DNA of 44,079 nt from Pseudomonadales bacterium (GCA_013043915.1 JABEVH010000207.1:1-44079), one strand, 5' to 3'. Counted from the first letter of the stretch, positions 33,330 to 42,433 are shown. Translations and numbers: made by a program. Notes: generated by a model from the sequence alone, not told the origin.

Positions 33330-33571
33330 GGTTGTGGCTCCTTGGATGCTGCTGATCCAGGGTGAGTAGCGGTGGGTAAGTTGACGCCCGGAGGAGGTAG
33401 CGTTAGCAACGTAGCAAAATCTTTGGGGTCCATAACATGGCCATGATTATCAGCGTACTTGTCCAGATACAGCCAAAAAGCTGCAGGTAAGGGGTGCGGG
33501 GCATCAGCCTGTGACCACGAGGCTAAGCCCAACAATAATGCACAGGCTCCAGACCTTGCTTTAACTGGCAT
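33326..33571 (-). CDS. Small secreted hypothetical protein
   Basis: The ORF runs 33326..33610. The likely start is ATG 33571, giving the signal peptide MPVKARSGACALLLGLASWSQA. It overlaps the DUF3106 start by 4 nt (ATGA-type). I recognise no family. Confidence 0.35.
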   Translation of the reverse strand: MPVKARSGACALLLGLASWSQADAPHPLPAAFWLYLDKYADNHGHVMDPKDFATLLTLPPPGVNLPTATHPGSAASKEPQP

Positions 33572-33896
33572 GAGGGTCCTCGGCAATAGCCTGCAGCATG
33601 GGCATATCATCCAGCATCTGCAGATCAGCGGGAGAAAGCGAGCTGACAGCAGGTACTGACATAGGCTTAGTGCGTGTGGTTTGTAAGGTCAGTCCCAACA
33701 CCACCAGTCCCATGGCCAGCATACTGCCAGGAAGCCAAACGACAGGGCGATGCCACCAGGCTGGAGTAGCCTTAGCCTGAAGGGCATCCAAACGAGCTTG
33801 TCTCAGGGCGTGGGCGATCGGGGCAGGAACCTCCTGCGAACCTAGCTCCAGGGTTTGACGCAAGGTCTTAGCCAGTTCTTCATCTCGCTGCTTCAT
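33561..33896 (-). CDS. DUF3619-like single-pass membrane protein (putative anti-sigma or regulatory partner of the ECF sigma factor)
   Basis: It overlaps the sigma-factor stop by 4 nt. It is a short protein with a cytoplasmic N-terminus and one TM segment (VVWLPGSMLAMGLVVLGL). Its position is as in ECF/DUF3619/DUF3106 clusters. Confidence 0.55.
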   Translation of the reverse strand: MKQRDEELAKTLRQTLELGSQEVPAPIAHALRQARLDALQAKATPAWWHRPVVWLPGSMLAMGLVVLGLTLQTTRTKPMSVPAVSSLSPADLQMLDDMPMLQAIAEDPHAS

Positions 33897-34435
33897 GCAG
33901 GTTCTCCCAGGGCAGCACGCAAGCTCTGCATGGCCCGAAAAAGATGAGTTTTAACACTGCCCTCACTGCAACCCATGATATGGGCACAACTGGCAACATC
34001 CAGTCCTTCCCATATACGCAGCATGAAAGCCTGCTGTTGTCTTGTTGGCAAAGCGGCCAAAGCCTGCTCCACCGTAGCCATATCGCGAGCTCGTTCAAGC
34101 AGCAGCGCAGGATTACGGTCAACCGTATCAGGGATATGCTCCAGGATATCCTCAGTGTCTTCATTAGAATCTGCAATTTTACGGAAAAATAGCCAAGAAC
34201 GTTGGCGTGTTTGTTTTCTGTGCCAGTCAAGAATTTTATTTTGTAGGATGCGCATGAATAGTGCAGGCCATTCCGCAGAGGCCTTGTGACGGTAATTTTT
34301 AACCAGGCTGAGCATGGCCTCCTGTACGAGATCTAAAGCCTCAGCGTCTATGCGCGTGGCGATACGCGCCATGTGAAAGGCACGCCTTTCGACGCCGGCT
34401 AAAAACTTCTCCAGCTCACGATCCGGAACTGGCAT
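33893..34435 (-). CDS. ECF (sigma-24/RpoE-like) RNA polymerase sigma factor
   Basis: The region 2 blocks are ALDLVQEAMLSLVKNY and ILDWHRKQ. The region 4 HTH is LPTRQQQAFMLRIWEGLDVASCAHIMGCSEGSVKTHLFRAMQSLR. The likely start is ATG 34435 (GGAG 7 nt upstream) rather than the ORF top at 34543. Confidence 0.8.
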   Translation of the reverse strand: MPVPDRELEKFLAGVERRAFHMARIATRIDAEALDLVQEAMLSLVKNYRHKASAEWPALFMRILQNKILDWHRKQTRQRSWLFFRKIADSNEDTEDILEHIPDTVDRNPALLLERARDMATVEQALAALPTRQQQAFMLRIWEGLDVASCAHIMGCSEGSVKTHLFRAMQSLRAALGEPA

Positions 34436-34525
34436 AACCGCACTCCACCCGGCAAAATCGCATGCCATGCTACCCATAAAAGTTGATTCCACGCTAACGA
34501 TTACACTCAGTAACGTCGGCGCACC

Positions 34526-34551
34526 CGCTAGCGTTGACAGCAACGCTAGCG
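34526..34551 (-). repeat. Perfect 11-bp inverted repeat with a 4-nt loop (CGCTAGCGTTG-ACAG-CAACGCTAGCG) spanning the mshQ stop codon
   Basis: I read it directly from the sequence. The mshQ stop TAG (34548-34546) lies in the right arm. No U-tract follows on the minus-strand transcript. Confidence 0.9.
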
Positions 34552-37500
34552 AAACTGTTCATGCCAGTAAATGATAGGAGCTCTTCCCGGATAAACTCCA
34601 AAACTGGCCATGCCGCCTGGTGTGGTGGCAGATACACCACTGATAGGGAGATTATAAGGATAAATCATCAACCAGGCAGGAGCATTAGGGAATGTCAATT
34701 CTACCGAACCGGTAACATTAGGCGCAGAAAGGTTAATGGAGGTTTGCCCTAAGGATAGTGTTGCTGTATTGGGATTAACGTAGGAGGGGATCGTTGCTCC
34801 CGAGGTCAGTGCCCCTTGAAAATTGACCAGACGGGCCGTGCCAAAATTAGGGTTGCTGGAAGGCGTCAGGTTGAGAGTGGTGCAACTGTCCAGAGTGTTG
34901 GTGATAAAATCACTGTTACCACCGCCCACGGTAGCATAGTACTGTACGGTGACCGGAAGATTTAAGGGCAGTAATTCGGACCCATTGGCGGCAGTAATCC
35001 AGAGCCTGCCATAGCGTTCGCGCGTGCTTCCCAGGCTGACGGCGTCATTGCCCGTACCTGTGCTGGAGAAATTAAATCCCGTCATACCGATGCCGTCGCT
35101 ATCGATCGCATCCAGACCCACCGTGAAGTTATCATAGGTGCCATCAGGGGTTGCCAGCGATGTCAGGGTCAAGTTAGTGTTAAGGGGATTGGTAACACCT
35201 GCTGTCCAGGTATTGCCGCTCAGGCTACCGAGCTGAAGCCTTGAACTTAACGGCGTGGTAGGAGTGCTAACGTTGGCTGCTTTAAAGGTCATGCCGGCAG
35301 CACTACTGCCATTGAGGTTCAGTTTGGCAAAAGCTCCGCTGTAATTGACGGTGGTCATATTGGCCAGATTTTGAGCCACCAGTTGCCAGTTGACCGTCAT
35401 GGGTTGCTGCATATAGGTAAAGCCGCTGCTGCAGGCCGGAATCAGTTGGCTGGAAAGTAGCGCCAGGTGATCCGGTACAAAGCGACCGACATCAGGTGCA
35501 ATGCCTAAGACGGGGGTTGTACTACTGCTGCCCAAATAATTGTTCAGTTGTGCCTGGATGTTGATGATGCCGACATCGCTATAGCTGGCATTGACCAAGG
35601 ATTGGCCACCCGTAAACCCAGTGACCGAGGTAGGGCTTAAGCTACCCACATTGCCTGGACTAGGTAGCATTTGTACCGGAGCGATGTTGACGCTGGTGTT
35701 AAAATGAACAGCGAGCGTATCACCGAGCAAGTTGCTGCCATTGTCGGGAATACCATCATTATTGGTGTCCTGGGAGGCATTCCACAGCACAGCTTGTACA
35801 GCCATGGGAAACATCGAACCGGCTTTGGTAAAGTAAGGGCTGTCATTGGGATTATCTGCATAGGAAAGTGCCGTATCGTTTAAGCCATGGGCTAAACGAT
35901 CGCCAGAGAAGTCGATAGCAAAGCCAAAGGGACGAATCACATAGGTTGAGCTGCTTCCTTGGATCGTGTTACTGCCGCTAGGCAGGGCAGCCGCAAAGCC
36001 GCTACTATTATCCAGCAGGTTCAGCGACCATTGCCCGACATCGCTGGTAGTCACATTGAATGCAGCTGTTCCGGCATTAAATGTCAGACTCAGGTTGTTG
36101 CTGCCCGGAGGTGTGTTAGGCAAGGTTGAGGTCCCTAAAGTTGGATTGCTGCCGCCGGGGTCTGCAGCGCCGCGTGTAATCCATGCTTGCAAATTATAGG
36201 TGCCGCTATATTGCGTTGCGACGCTGCATAGAGCCCCTGAAACGCCATTACGCGTATAAAGCTGCACTTGCATGGGCTCTGACCGTCCCGCCACTAAAAC
36301 ATTACTTAGCTTATCGCTGGCATTAAGTGCGGGGTCATTGAGTGTGATGACAAACGCATTATTACTGAAGTTGATCGTGTTGCTTAGTCCATTGGTTGGG
36401 CCAGAAGTTCCACTCACCTGCAGGGAGTCAGCGTGTACATCGCTTAACTGTAAGGTCACGCTACCGTTGTCAGCTGCCGCAAAGCTGTAGGTAGCGCTAC
36501 CTGTATCACTACCCTGGTTTGTTAAAATGCCCTGGCCTGTCCCCAGTATCCAGGTTCCATGGTGGCTGCTGGTACCGAGTTGAACACTGCCTGTATAGGT
36601 GGTGACGATTTGGCCACTGGCATCGACTGCACTTAAGGTAACCGCTTGTGGTGTGCATGTACTAGCGTTGCTACTTGAAGTCATCTGCAGATTAGCCAGC
36701 TGATTAGCTGCGCAATAAAACAGACTGCTGGCGGGCACGGTACTGGTACCATGAGAGTTGGTCCATGCCATTTCCATGACCGACTGTCCCGGTCCCTGAA
36801 AGTAATTCAGGTGTACGGGATAATACTGATTCTTGAGCAGATGAATGGGCGATGAGCTTGTTGGCGTGGATGATTGCAGTACCCATTGGTTGATGATGGT
36901 ATTGCCTGCCAATTGCATCTGATTGCCATCATCGCTGATGACGGTAAAGGTATAGTCATCTGTGGTCGGAGCCATGATATAACCATCCCACTCTACCGAG
37001 AAATTGGTGGTGGGTATTCCGGAGACTGGCCAAGTTGTTCCTGTGTTAATCAGGCTTGGAAAATAAATCAGGGAGTCTACACGGTCGATTTCATTGCCGG
37101 TAAAAAAAGCATTGACTTGACCGTTTTGATTAAAATAACGCCCCAATAACCCAGGAGCCAACGCAGATCCTGCTTGAGGGGTTAGACTGGTTACAGTGTT
37201 ATTTGCGATAGTAAAACCACTGCTGGATTTAACATTATTGATGGTGACGGTGTAGGTCACGCCTGCGGTCATGGCTTTATTGGTGGTCAGCAACACACTG
37301 TTTGGATTGCTGGGGTTAATAATGGCCCCTGAAATATTGATACCGTTACTGCCGTTGATGGCATAGTTATGGGTGCGAGTGGCTGTGTTGGGATCCATGG
37401 CTGAAGAGAAATCAACCTCAATCTGATTGAGCGAGCCACAAGGTTGAGATGTTGAAGTAACCACCGGAGCTTGCAGGGAAAACAAATACGTTTGAGGGAT

Positions 37501-38052
37501 AATTTGGTAACTCGGCATGGTTTGATCTTTCCAATAGAGCTGGGCAGAGGCATAACCATAATTTTGAAAATAGTTCATCTGGATGTTGTAGTAACCTGCC
37601 GCGGGGACCCGGTAGGGATTAAGTTGGCCCTGATCTAGGGTGGCCGCCTGTAATTGCCATGCGCTCACGATCAAGTTGTTGGGGTCACTGAATCCTAAGC
37701 CGGAGAGATTTATCCAAAGTTTGGCACCATCATCAGTTTGTGTCGCAAACTTCCACAATCCGCCATGCGGGATATAAACAGCGCCTGTCCATACCGCTGC
37801 AAACTGGGCTTGTTGTACGGAGGGGCCTGGAGTAGAGGTACCACTCCAATTAAAATTGATGGTAGGGTCGGTGCGGCTTAAGGTTAATGAGCCCCCTGCA
37901 GGGGGCGTATAGCCTAAGGGGTCAGTAGGATAATTGTAGTACTGACCATAAAGGCCATCACCGGTGACCGTCGGTGGAAAAGCTGTTGGAAAGCCAGCCC
38001 ATGCTACTTCGTTCAGCAGCAAGAAGCAGACTGCCAAAATTTTCATAGCCAT
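34546..38052 (-). CDS. mshQ: MSHA biogenesis protein MshQ-like giant secreted protein with two N-terminal PA14-like domains
   Basis: It is the last and largest gene (1168 aa) after mshO and mshP. The signal peptide is MAMKILAVCFLLLNEVAWA. The PA14-type blocks are GLYGQYYNYP...FATQTDDGAKLWINLSG and GLLGRYFNQNG...YTFTVISDDGNQMQLAGN. The remainder is S/T/N/G-rich and beta-type. Confidence 0.6.
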   Translation of the reverse strand: MAMKILAVCFLLLNEVAWAGFPTAFPPTVTGDGLYGQYYNYPTDPLGYTPPAGGSLTLSRTDPTINFNWSGTSTPGPSVQQAQFAAVWTGAVYIPHGGLWKFATQTDDGAKLWINLSGLGFSDPNNLIVSAWQLQAATLDQGQLNPYRVPAAGYYNIQMNYFQNYGYASAQLYWKDQTMPSYQIIPQTYLFSLQAPVVTSTSQPCGSLNQIEVDFSSAMDPNTATRTHNYAINGSNGINISGAIINPSNPNSVLLTTNKAMTAGVTYTVTINNVKSSSGFTIANNTVTSLTPQAGSALAPGLLGRYFNQNGQVNAFFTGNEIDRVDSLIYFPSLINTGTTWPVSGIPTTNFSVEWDGYIMAPTTDDYTFTVISDDGNQMQLAGNTIINQWVLQSSTPTSSSPIHLLKNQYYPVHLNYFQGPGQSVMEMAWTNSHGTSTVPASSLFYCAANQLANLQMTSSSNASTCTPQAVTLSAVDASGQIVTTYTGSVQLGTSSHHGTWILGTGQGILTNQGSDTGSATYSFAAADNGSVTLQLSDVHADSLQVSGTSGPTNGLSNTINFSNNAFVITLNDPALNASDKLSNVLVAGRSEPMQVQLYTRNGVSGALCSVATQYSGTYNLQAWITRGAADPGGSNPTLGTSTLPNTPPGSNNLSLTFNAGTAAFNVTTSDVGQWSLNLLDNSSGFAAALPSGSNTIQGSSSTYVIRPFGFAIDFSGDRLAHGLNDTALSYADNPNDSPYFTKAGSMFPMAVQAVLWNASQDTNNDGIPDNGSNLLGDTLAVHFNTSVNIAPVQMLPSPGNVGSLSPTSVTGFTGGQSLVNASYSDVGIINIQAQLNNYLGSSSTTPVLGIAPDVGRFVPDHLALLSSQLIPACSSGFTYMQQPMTVNWQLVAQNLANMTTVNYSGAFAKLNLNGSSAAGMTFKAANVSTPTTPLSSRLQLGSLSGNTWTAGVTNPLNTNLTLTSLATPDGTYDNFTVGLDAIDSDGIGMTGFNFSSTGTGNDAVSLGSTRERYGRLWITAANGSELLPLNLPVTVQYYATVGGGNSDFITNTLDSCTTLNLTPSSNPNFGTARLVNFQGALTSGATIPSYVNPNTATLSLGQTSINLSAPNVTGSVELTFPNAPAWLMIYPYNLPISGVSATTPGGMASFGVYPGRAPIIYWHEQFR

Positions 38053-38447
38053 ACCGAAGTTTCCAATTCTCGAGAGACCATATCGGGTTGTCCGACGGTT
38101 CCAGACATTGCCCTTGCCGTCAGCATATACCAGGTATGATTAATACCACCCTCATTGATAGGGCCGACTGCCTGGCAGGTCAGTTTAACGGTAAATCCCG
38201 CTAAAGTACCGTCAGTCAAGATCAAGCTGGTCGAGTTGCAACTAGAACTATGGACCAGCTGATAAATTTCCCAGTCGAGCCCAGATTGGGCTGCTGCTAG
38301 GGCTCGTGTATGAAGAATCTGATGACTGCTGGTCTGGGTGCTTAGTGAAACCCATTGCACCAGCAAGGCAATGGTACTGGCAATAACAATAACAATAAAA
38401 ATAGCAAAGACTAGGGCAACCCCGCGTTGGCGCGATTTAAATGCCAT
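38043..38447 (-). CDS. mshP: MshP-like pilus biogenesis protein
   Basis: The ORF runs 38043..38495. The likely start is ATG 38447 or 38456. It has an N-terminal hydrophobic segment after a basic stretch (KSRQRGVALVFAIFIVIVIASTIALL). Its position is between mshO and mshQ. Confidence 0.5.
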   Translation of the reverse strand: MAFKSRQRGVALVFAIFIVIVIASTIALLVQWVSLSTQTSSHQILHTRALAAAQSGLDWEIYQLVHSSSCNSTSLILTDGTLAGFTVKLTCQAVGPINEGGINHTWYMLTARAMSGTVGQPDMVSRELETSVWL

Positions 38448-39240
38448 TGGGGACATTGCCCTGCTCCAACAGTTGAATGGTTTCGCCATTAGCACTTAAG
38501 GTTAACTGTAGACTGATCACACCAGCACGTGTTGCTGTACCGGGCTGGTAAGTGAAAGTACAGGCGGTCACATCATCGCTGACCAGCGTAAATCTGGCAC
38601 CGGCAGGAGGAGAGGCAGCGACTGGTTGCAGCGCGTATTGGTCATAGCGCCAGAGTTGATTGTTTTTACACAGGTAGCTAATGGGGGTGTCGATCAGATA
38701 AAAGCGCTGAGTAGGCGATGGGTAAGGAAACTGATGCGCGCTGGATAATTTAACCAGACTCTCAGGTACCCCCGGTATACTGGTGATGCCCGTGTTAGTT
38801 GGGGTGACAACAGCATCACCCGCATAGGCATCAGCCCCAGGTTGACCGGTATGATAAATGACCAGTTGTGTTCCGGCCGTTGGATTAGGCAAGGAGCCTG
38901 CTACTTGAAAGCTATTATCAGGCTGTGTGAAATCCAGGGTGTCTGACCCGGCCAGGTTGGAAGCCACGGCTCGGTAACGGCCGGCGTTTTCTACATGGAT
39001 CATCTCAAAGGCCGTGCCGGCAGCATTGACACGCAGGCTGTTGGGAAGCGCCTGGTGCACATCACGCAGCATCAAGAAAAAATCATCATCGGCCAGCGCC
39101 ACGAGCATGGCGCGTTCCTTGCCCGATTGGTAAGCCGTAAAGGGGTGAGCCGCCAGGGGTGCCAGCACCGCCACGATGATGCCCATCAACACCATGGCAA
39201 TGATCAACTCCACCAGGGTAAAGCCACGTGAATTGTGCAT
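38437..39240 (-). CDS. mshO: MshO-like minor (pseudo)pilin
   Basis: It has the type IV prepilin N-terminus MHNSRG|FTLVELIIAMVLMGI (G/F cleavage site, Glu at +5). Its 267 aa and gene order match mshO. Confidence 0.6.
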   Translation of the reverse strand: MHNSRGFTLVELIIAMVLMGIIVAVLAPLAAHPFTAYQSGKERAMLVALADDDFFLMLRDVHQALPNSLRVNAAGTAFEMIHVENAGRYRAVASNLAGSDTLDFTQPDNSFQVAGSLPNPTAGTQLVIYHTGQPGADAYAGDAVVTPTNTGITSIPGVPESLVKLSSAHQFPYPSPTQRFYLIDTPISYLCKNNQLWRYDQYALQPVAASPPAGARFTLVSDDVTACTFTYQPGTATRAGVISLQLTLSANGETIQLLEQGNVPNGI

Positions 39241-39243
39241 GGC

Positions 39244-39720
39244 TCAGTACCTCGTACGCATGGCAGTCAGGGCATAACTCTGGCCGGTGGTGGGGAATGA
39301 TACCGTGATGTCGACACGTAACACATCGGCTGCCGAAATGCCTTGCCATGAGGTGGCAGGATTGGCAACGGTCACTTTGATGTTATAAGACCCCAATCCA
39401 GCTACAGCATTACCGTATTGATCATGAGCCCCGGCATCGGAAAGGCCGTTATAATCGCTGATATTGTTCATGGATGCGCGAGGTTCAACCGGGCCGCTAC
39501 ATGCCGGGGCAGTTGCCGCCAGCCCAGGATCAACAAAGGCCTTGGAGGTGATTTCTTCCATATAGGCACTGGCGATGGCCGCAGCCTGTTCGCTGATCAG
39601 GGGGTCTGAGGAATGACCATTGATCGCTCCCATGGCGATGTACAAGGCACCCGCAGCGATGCCGATAATGACGATGGCAATCACCAGCTCAATGAGGGTA
39701 ACCCCACGTTCAGTCGACAT
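39244..39720 (-). CDS. mshD: MshD-like minor pilin
   Basis: It has the prepilin-type N-terminus MSTERG|VTLIELVIAIVIIGI with Glu at +5. It is assigned by gene order. Confidence 0.55.
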   Translation of the reverse strand: MSTERGVTLIELVIAIVIIGIAAGALYIAMGAINGHSSDPLISEQAAAIASAYMEEITSKAFVDPGLAATAPACSGPVEPRASMNNISDYNGLSDAGAHDQYGNAVAGLGSYNIKVTVANPATSWQGISAADVLRVDITVSFPTTGQSYALTAMRTRY

Positions 39721-40237
39721 AGCCGGACAAGCCGTAAAAGGTAAAGGTTGTGGTCCCTGAACTACCGGTGGCCGTCAACGTCTGGTTGTTAACGCTGGCA
39801 CTGTTCCAGTTGGGACTGTGTATCGTGCCGTCAGGAGCAAATACCACCGTGCCCATTAAACCTGACAAACTCAGTCCCGAAGGCGCTGTGTCAGAAAGCG
39901 TGGTCCCATCCATAGTAAAAGGGTTGGCTAAAGGGGTGCTGAACGTCGGAGGTGTTGGCGAGGTCAGGCAACCGCTATCGGTGCTGAGGGTATAAGACGT
40001 GCTGGTCAAGTTCATTTGCACGTCACAACCACTGGTGACGGCATAATCATGCGCGTAACGGGCTGCATTAAGCAGCCCCTCTTCAAAACGGTTCTCATCA
40101 AACGTAGATTTTGAAAAGAACCGTGGACCAACAATAGCCGACAAGACCCCAATGATAACCATGACCACGATCAGCTCAATCAAGGTGTATCCAAAACATG
40201 GCCTGACCATGAGACAAAGAGTATCCTGGCTCAGCAC
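39710..40237 (-). CDS. mshC: MshC-like minor pilin
   Basis: It has the prepilin-type N-terminus ...CFG|YTLIELIVVMVIIGVL. The start is either GTG 40237 or ATG 40210. It is assigned by gene order. Confidence 0.55.
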   Translation of the reverse strand: MLSQDTLCLMVRPCFGYTLIELIVVMVIIGVLSAIVGPRFFSKSTFDENRFEEGLLNAARYAHDYAVTSGCDVQMNLTSTSYTLSTDSGCLTSPTPPTFSTPLANPFTMDGTTLSDTAPSGLSLSGLMGTVVFAPDGTIHSPNWNSASVNNQTLTATGSSGTTTFTFYGLSGYVD

Positions 40238-40677
40238 CCTGCGGCTATAGATGTTAAAGGTATGGTTCCGAGAATTGCAGCGACGGTTGCCGTGGCTGGC
40301 GTATAACCAAATGAACAGGTTGCTTTAGCTGCATTAATTGGGGTAACGGTAGCCCCAATGGTATAGTCATTAACACTTAGCTGTGCAGCAAGCGCCAAAC
40401 TTGCCATATTAGTTGGGTAGTAATTGGCGACGGGGATAGGTGTGCCTTCCAAGGTGACTGTACCGTTTCCGCCTGGGAGATTCGGAGTAACCAGTGCGGT
40501 ACTGTGTACGATGGCCAGGGCTGATGCAGCGGCGCCATGCGCTCCTTGCAGGGAAGCATAGCGGGCTTCCTGTCCCAGATTGGCAAACCTTGGCAAGGCC
40601 ACCGCAGCTAAAATACCGATGATGACAATCACCATGACCAGTTCGATCAGGGTAAAACCGCTTTGTTGTGATTTCAT
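40231..40677 (-). CDS. mshA: MSHA-type major pilin (MshA/MshB-like)
   Basis: The likely start is ATG 40677, with GGAG 8 nt upstream. The short leader is MKSQQSG|FTLIELVMVIVIIGILAAVALPRF, a classic type IVa/MSHA pilin N-terminus. It is 148 aa, with a Cys near the C-terminus. Confidence 0.65.
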   Translation of the reverse strand: MKSQQSGFTLIELVMVIVIIGILAAVALPRFANLGQEARYASLQGAHGAAASALAIVHSTALVTPNLPGGNGTVTLEGTPIPVANYYPTNMASLALAAQLSVNDYTIGATVTPINAAKATCSFGYTPATATVAAILGTIPLTSIAAGC

Positions 40678-40697
40678 GGATAAATCTCCGCTCTGTT

Positions 40698-41237
40698 TCA
40701 ATGAATAACTGTGGTTAAATTTGCAGTACCCACTTGATAAATAAGTAGCCGCGTGTGGGTGTCGCTATCCATGCTCTGGTAACGGTAGATACATAATCCA
40801 GGCGCAGGGTGGGTTGCCAAAAAATCGGCATCGCCTTCAGGGTCAGTGGTGATAGTGACATCACTATCCTGCATCAGGGCTTGCCAGATTCTAAGACACG
40901 CATGCAACCCACTACTTCGGGCTGCATCGTTCGTCCCTTCAGGCCAGCCTACAGCACTGAGCCTGACCTTGCCTTCGCCGGGAATTCCTTGCGTAGGCAC
41001 GTCCTGCTGGTTATGAATACGCCATTCTTCATGAAGTATAGACATGGATTGTAAAAATGCCTGTCCAGCCAAGCGTACTTTGCTGTCACGTAGGTGGCTG
41101 ATCAGATGGCCAAAAGCGGGGAGTATACTGACCAGCAAAACAGCGATGACCATGAGGACGACCACATTTTCCAGGGCGGTAGCTCCCTGTGGTCGGTAGG
41201 TACTCAATGGTGCAGCATCACGGAGCTTAAGTTCCAT
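40698..41237 (-). CDS. mshF: MshF-like protein (degenerate prepilin-like N-terminus)
   Basis: It lies between mshG and the pilin genes. The segment G|ATALENVVVLMVIAVLL resembles a pseudopilin N-terminus with Glu at +5. It overlaps the 3' end of mshG by 34 nt. The family call rests mostly on position. Confidence 0.4.
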   Translation of the reverse strand: MELKLRDAAPLSTYRPQGATALENVVVLMVIAVLLVSILPAFGHLISHLRDSKVRLAGQAFLQSMSILHEEWRIHNQQDVPTQGIPGEGKVRLSAVGWPEGTNDAARSSGLHACLRIWQALMQDSDVTITTDPEGDADFLATHPAPGLCIYRYQSMDSDTHTRLLIYQVGTANLTTVIH

Positions 41238-42430
41238 AGCGGCAGGAATACCCCTAAGGCCAGTACAAGAACGATAGCACCCACACCCAGTAATAGTAGG
41301 GGTTCGATGCGATCGGTCAGTTGTTTGAGGTCGTAGTCCACTTCTTCATCGTAAAAAGTTGAGACCTCGGTCAGCATGTCTTCCAACGTTCCGGACTCTT
41401 CACCCACCATCAGCATTTGCAGCACCAAGGGTGAGAACATGCCGGTGGCCGTAGCGGTTCGGGTGATGGTGTCACCGCGTTCAATCTGATCAGCCATGCC
41501 GCGTATGGCAGCGCCTATATAGTCGTTATCCACCGCACGAGAGATCACTTGCAAAGCTTGTATGACGGGTATGCCTGATCGCATCATCATGGCAAAAGAT
41601 CGCGCAAAGCGACTGAGCATGATGCGTTCAAAGATGCTGCCGACCAAGGGTATGCGTAGCTTGAAACGGTCCCACTGGTAGCGTCCTAGCGGGGTCTGGA
41701 TATGTCGACGTAGCAGGATAAAGCCTGCCACACAAACCAAGGCGACTAACCAGCCGTCATGTATCATGAAATGTGAGCTGGCAACGAGAATGCGGGTTGG
41801 TAGGGGTAGCTGGGCATGCAGTTTGGCAAAGACACTGGCAAAGGCTGGGATCACAAAAAAATTGATGATCCCTAAAGCGATGATGAGGGCGATGATAACG
41901 AAAGTAGGGTAACGGGTTGCCTGCTGGATGCGCTTACGTGTATCGCGTTCCCGATCAAGGTGTCGCGCCAGCTCGATAAAGGACTCTTCTAAGCGTCCGG
42001 TGTTCTCTCCTACCCGAATCATGTTGACGAACAAGGGAGAAAAGGACTCAGGATGTTGCCCCAGTGCCTGGGTTAAATCCTGTCCTGACTGCAGCTGGCG
42101 AACAGAGTCGCTGAGGTGCTCACGTAGGGTGGTTGAACGACTGGAACCCGCTAGCGTGGTCAGTGCGCGCACAATCGGGACACCAGCCTTGGTCAGGGCA
42201 TGCATTTGTCGACAGAATAAAATCAGATCTTCGGTTGAGGGAGGTTTACGGCTGAGCCACGTATTGATCTGCTCTAGGATATCGCTTCCAGACGCTTCTT
42301 CCGTGATACGCAGCGGGATGATCTGACGTTGGCTAAGGAGTCGGGCGGCGGCTCCAGAATGGCTGGCTTCCAGGTTGCCTTGCACCCGTGTACCTTGCGC
42401 GTTTCGCCCTTCATAGCGAAATTTTGACAT
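41204..42430 (-). CDS. mshG: Type IV pilus / T2SS platform protein (GspF/PilC family), MshG
   Basis: It is 408 aa with two T2SSF repeats (...LFCRQMHALTKAGVPIVRAL... and ...FARSFAMMMRSGIPVIQAL...) and three TM segments. It lies directly downstream of the ATPase gene. Confidence 0.85.
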   Translation of the reverse strand: MSKFRYEGRNAQGTRVQGNLEASHSGAAARLLSQRQIIPLRITEEASGSDILEQINTWLSRKPPSTEDLILFCRQMHALTKAGVPIVRALTTLAGSSRSTTLREHLSDSVRQLQSGQDLTQALGQHPESFSPLFVNMIRVGENTGRLEESFIELARHLDRERDTRKRIQQATRYPTFVIIALIIALGIINFFVIPAFASVFAKLHAQLPLPTRILVASSHFMIHDGWLVALVCVAGFILLRRHIQTPLGRYQWDRFKLRIPLVGSIFERIMLSRFARSFAMMMRSGIPVIQALQVISRAVDNDYIGAAIRGMADQIERGDTITRTATATGMFSPLVLQMLMVGEESGTLEDMLTEVSTFYDEEVDYDLKQLTDRIEPLLLLGVGAIVLVLALGVFLPLWNLSSVMLHH

Positions 42431-42433
42431 GGC

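Noticed and set aside
34460-34490. Possible autoregulated ECF-type promoter (GGAATC on the minus strand) upstream of the sigma-factor gene
   Set aside because: Only the -35-like GGAAT is present. I could not find a convincing TC/CGT-type -10 element at 16-17 nt spacing, so I did not list it as a feature.
34526-34551. Calling the 11-bp hairpin after mshQ a Rho-independent terminator
   Set aside because: There is no U-tract after the stem on the minus-strand transcript. The nearest UUUU is about 45 nt away. I therefore report it only as an inverted repeat of unknown role.
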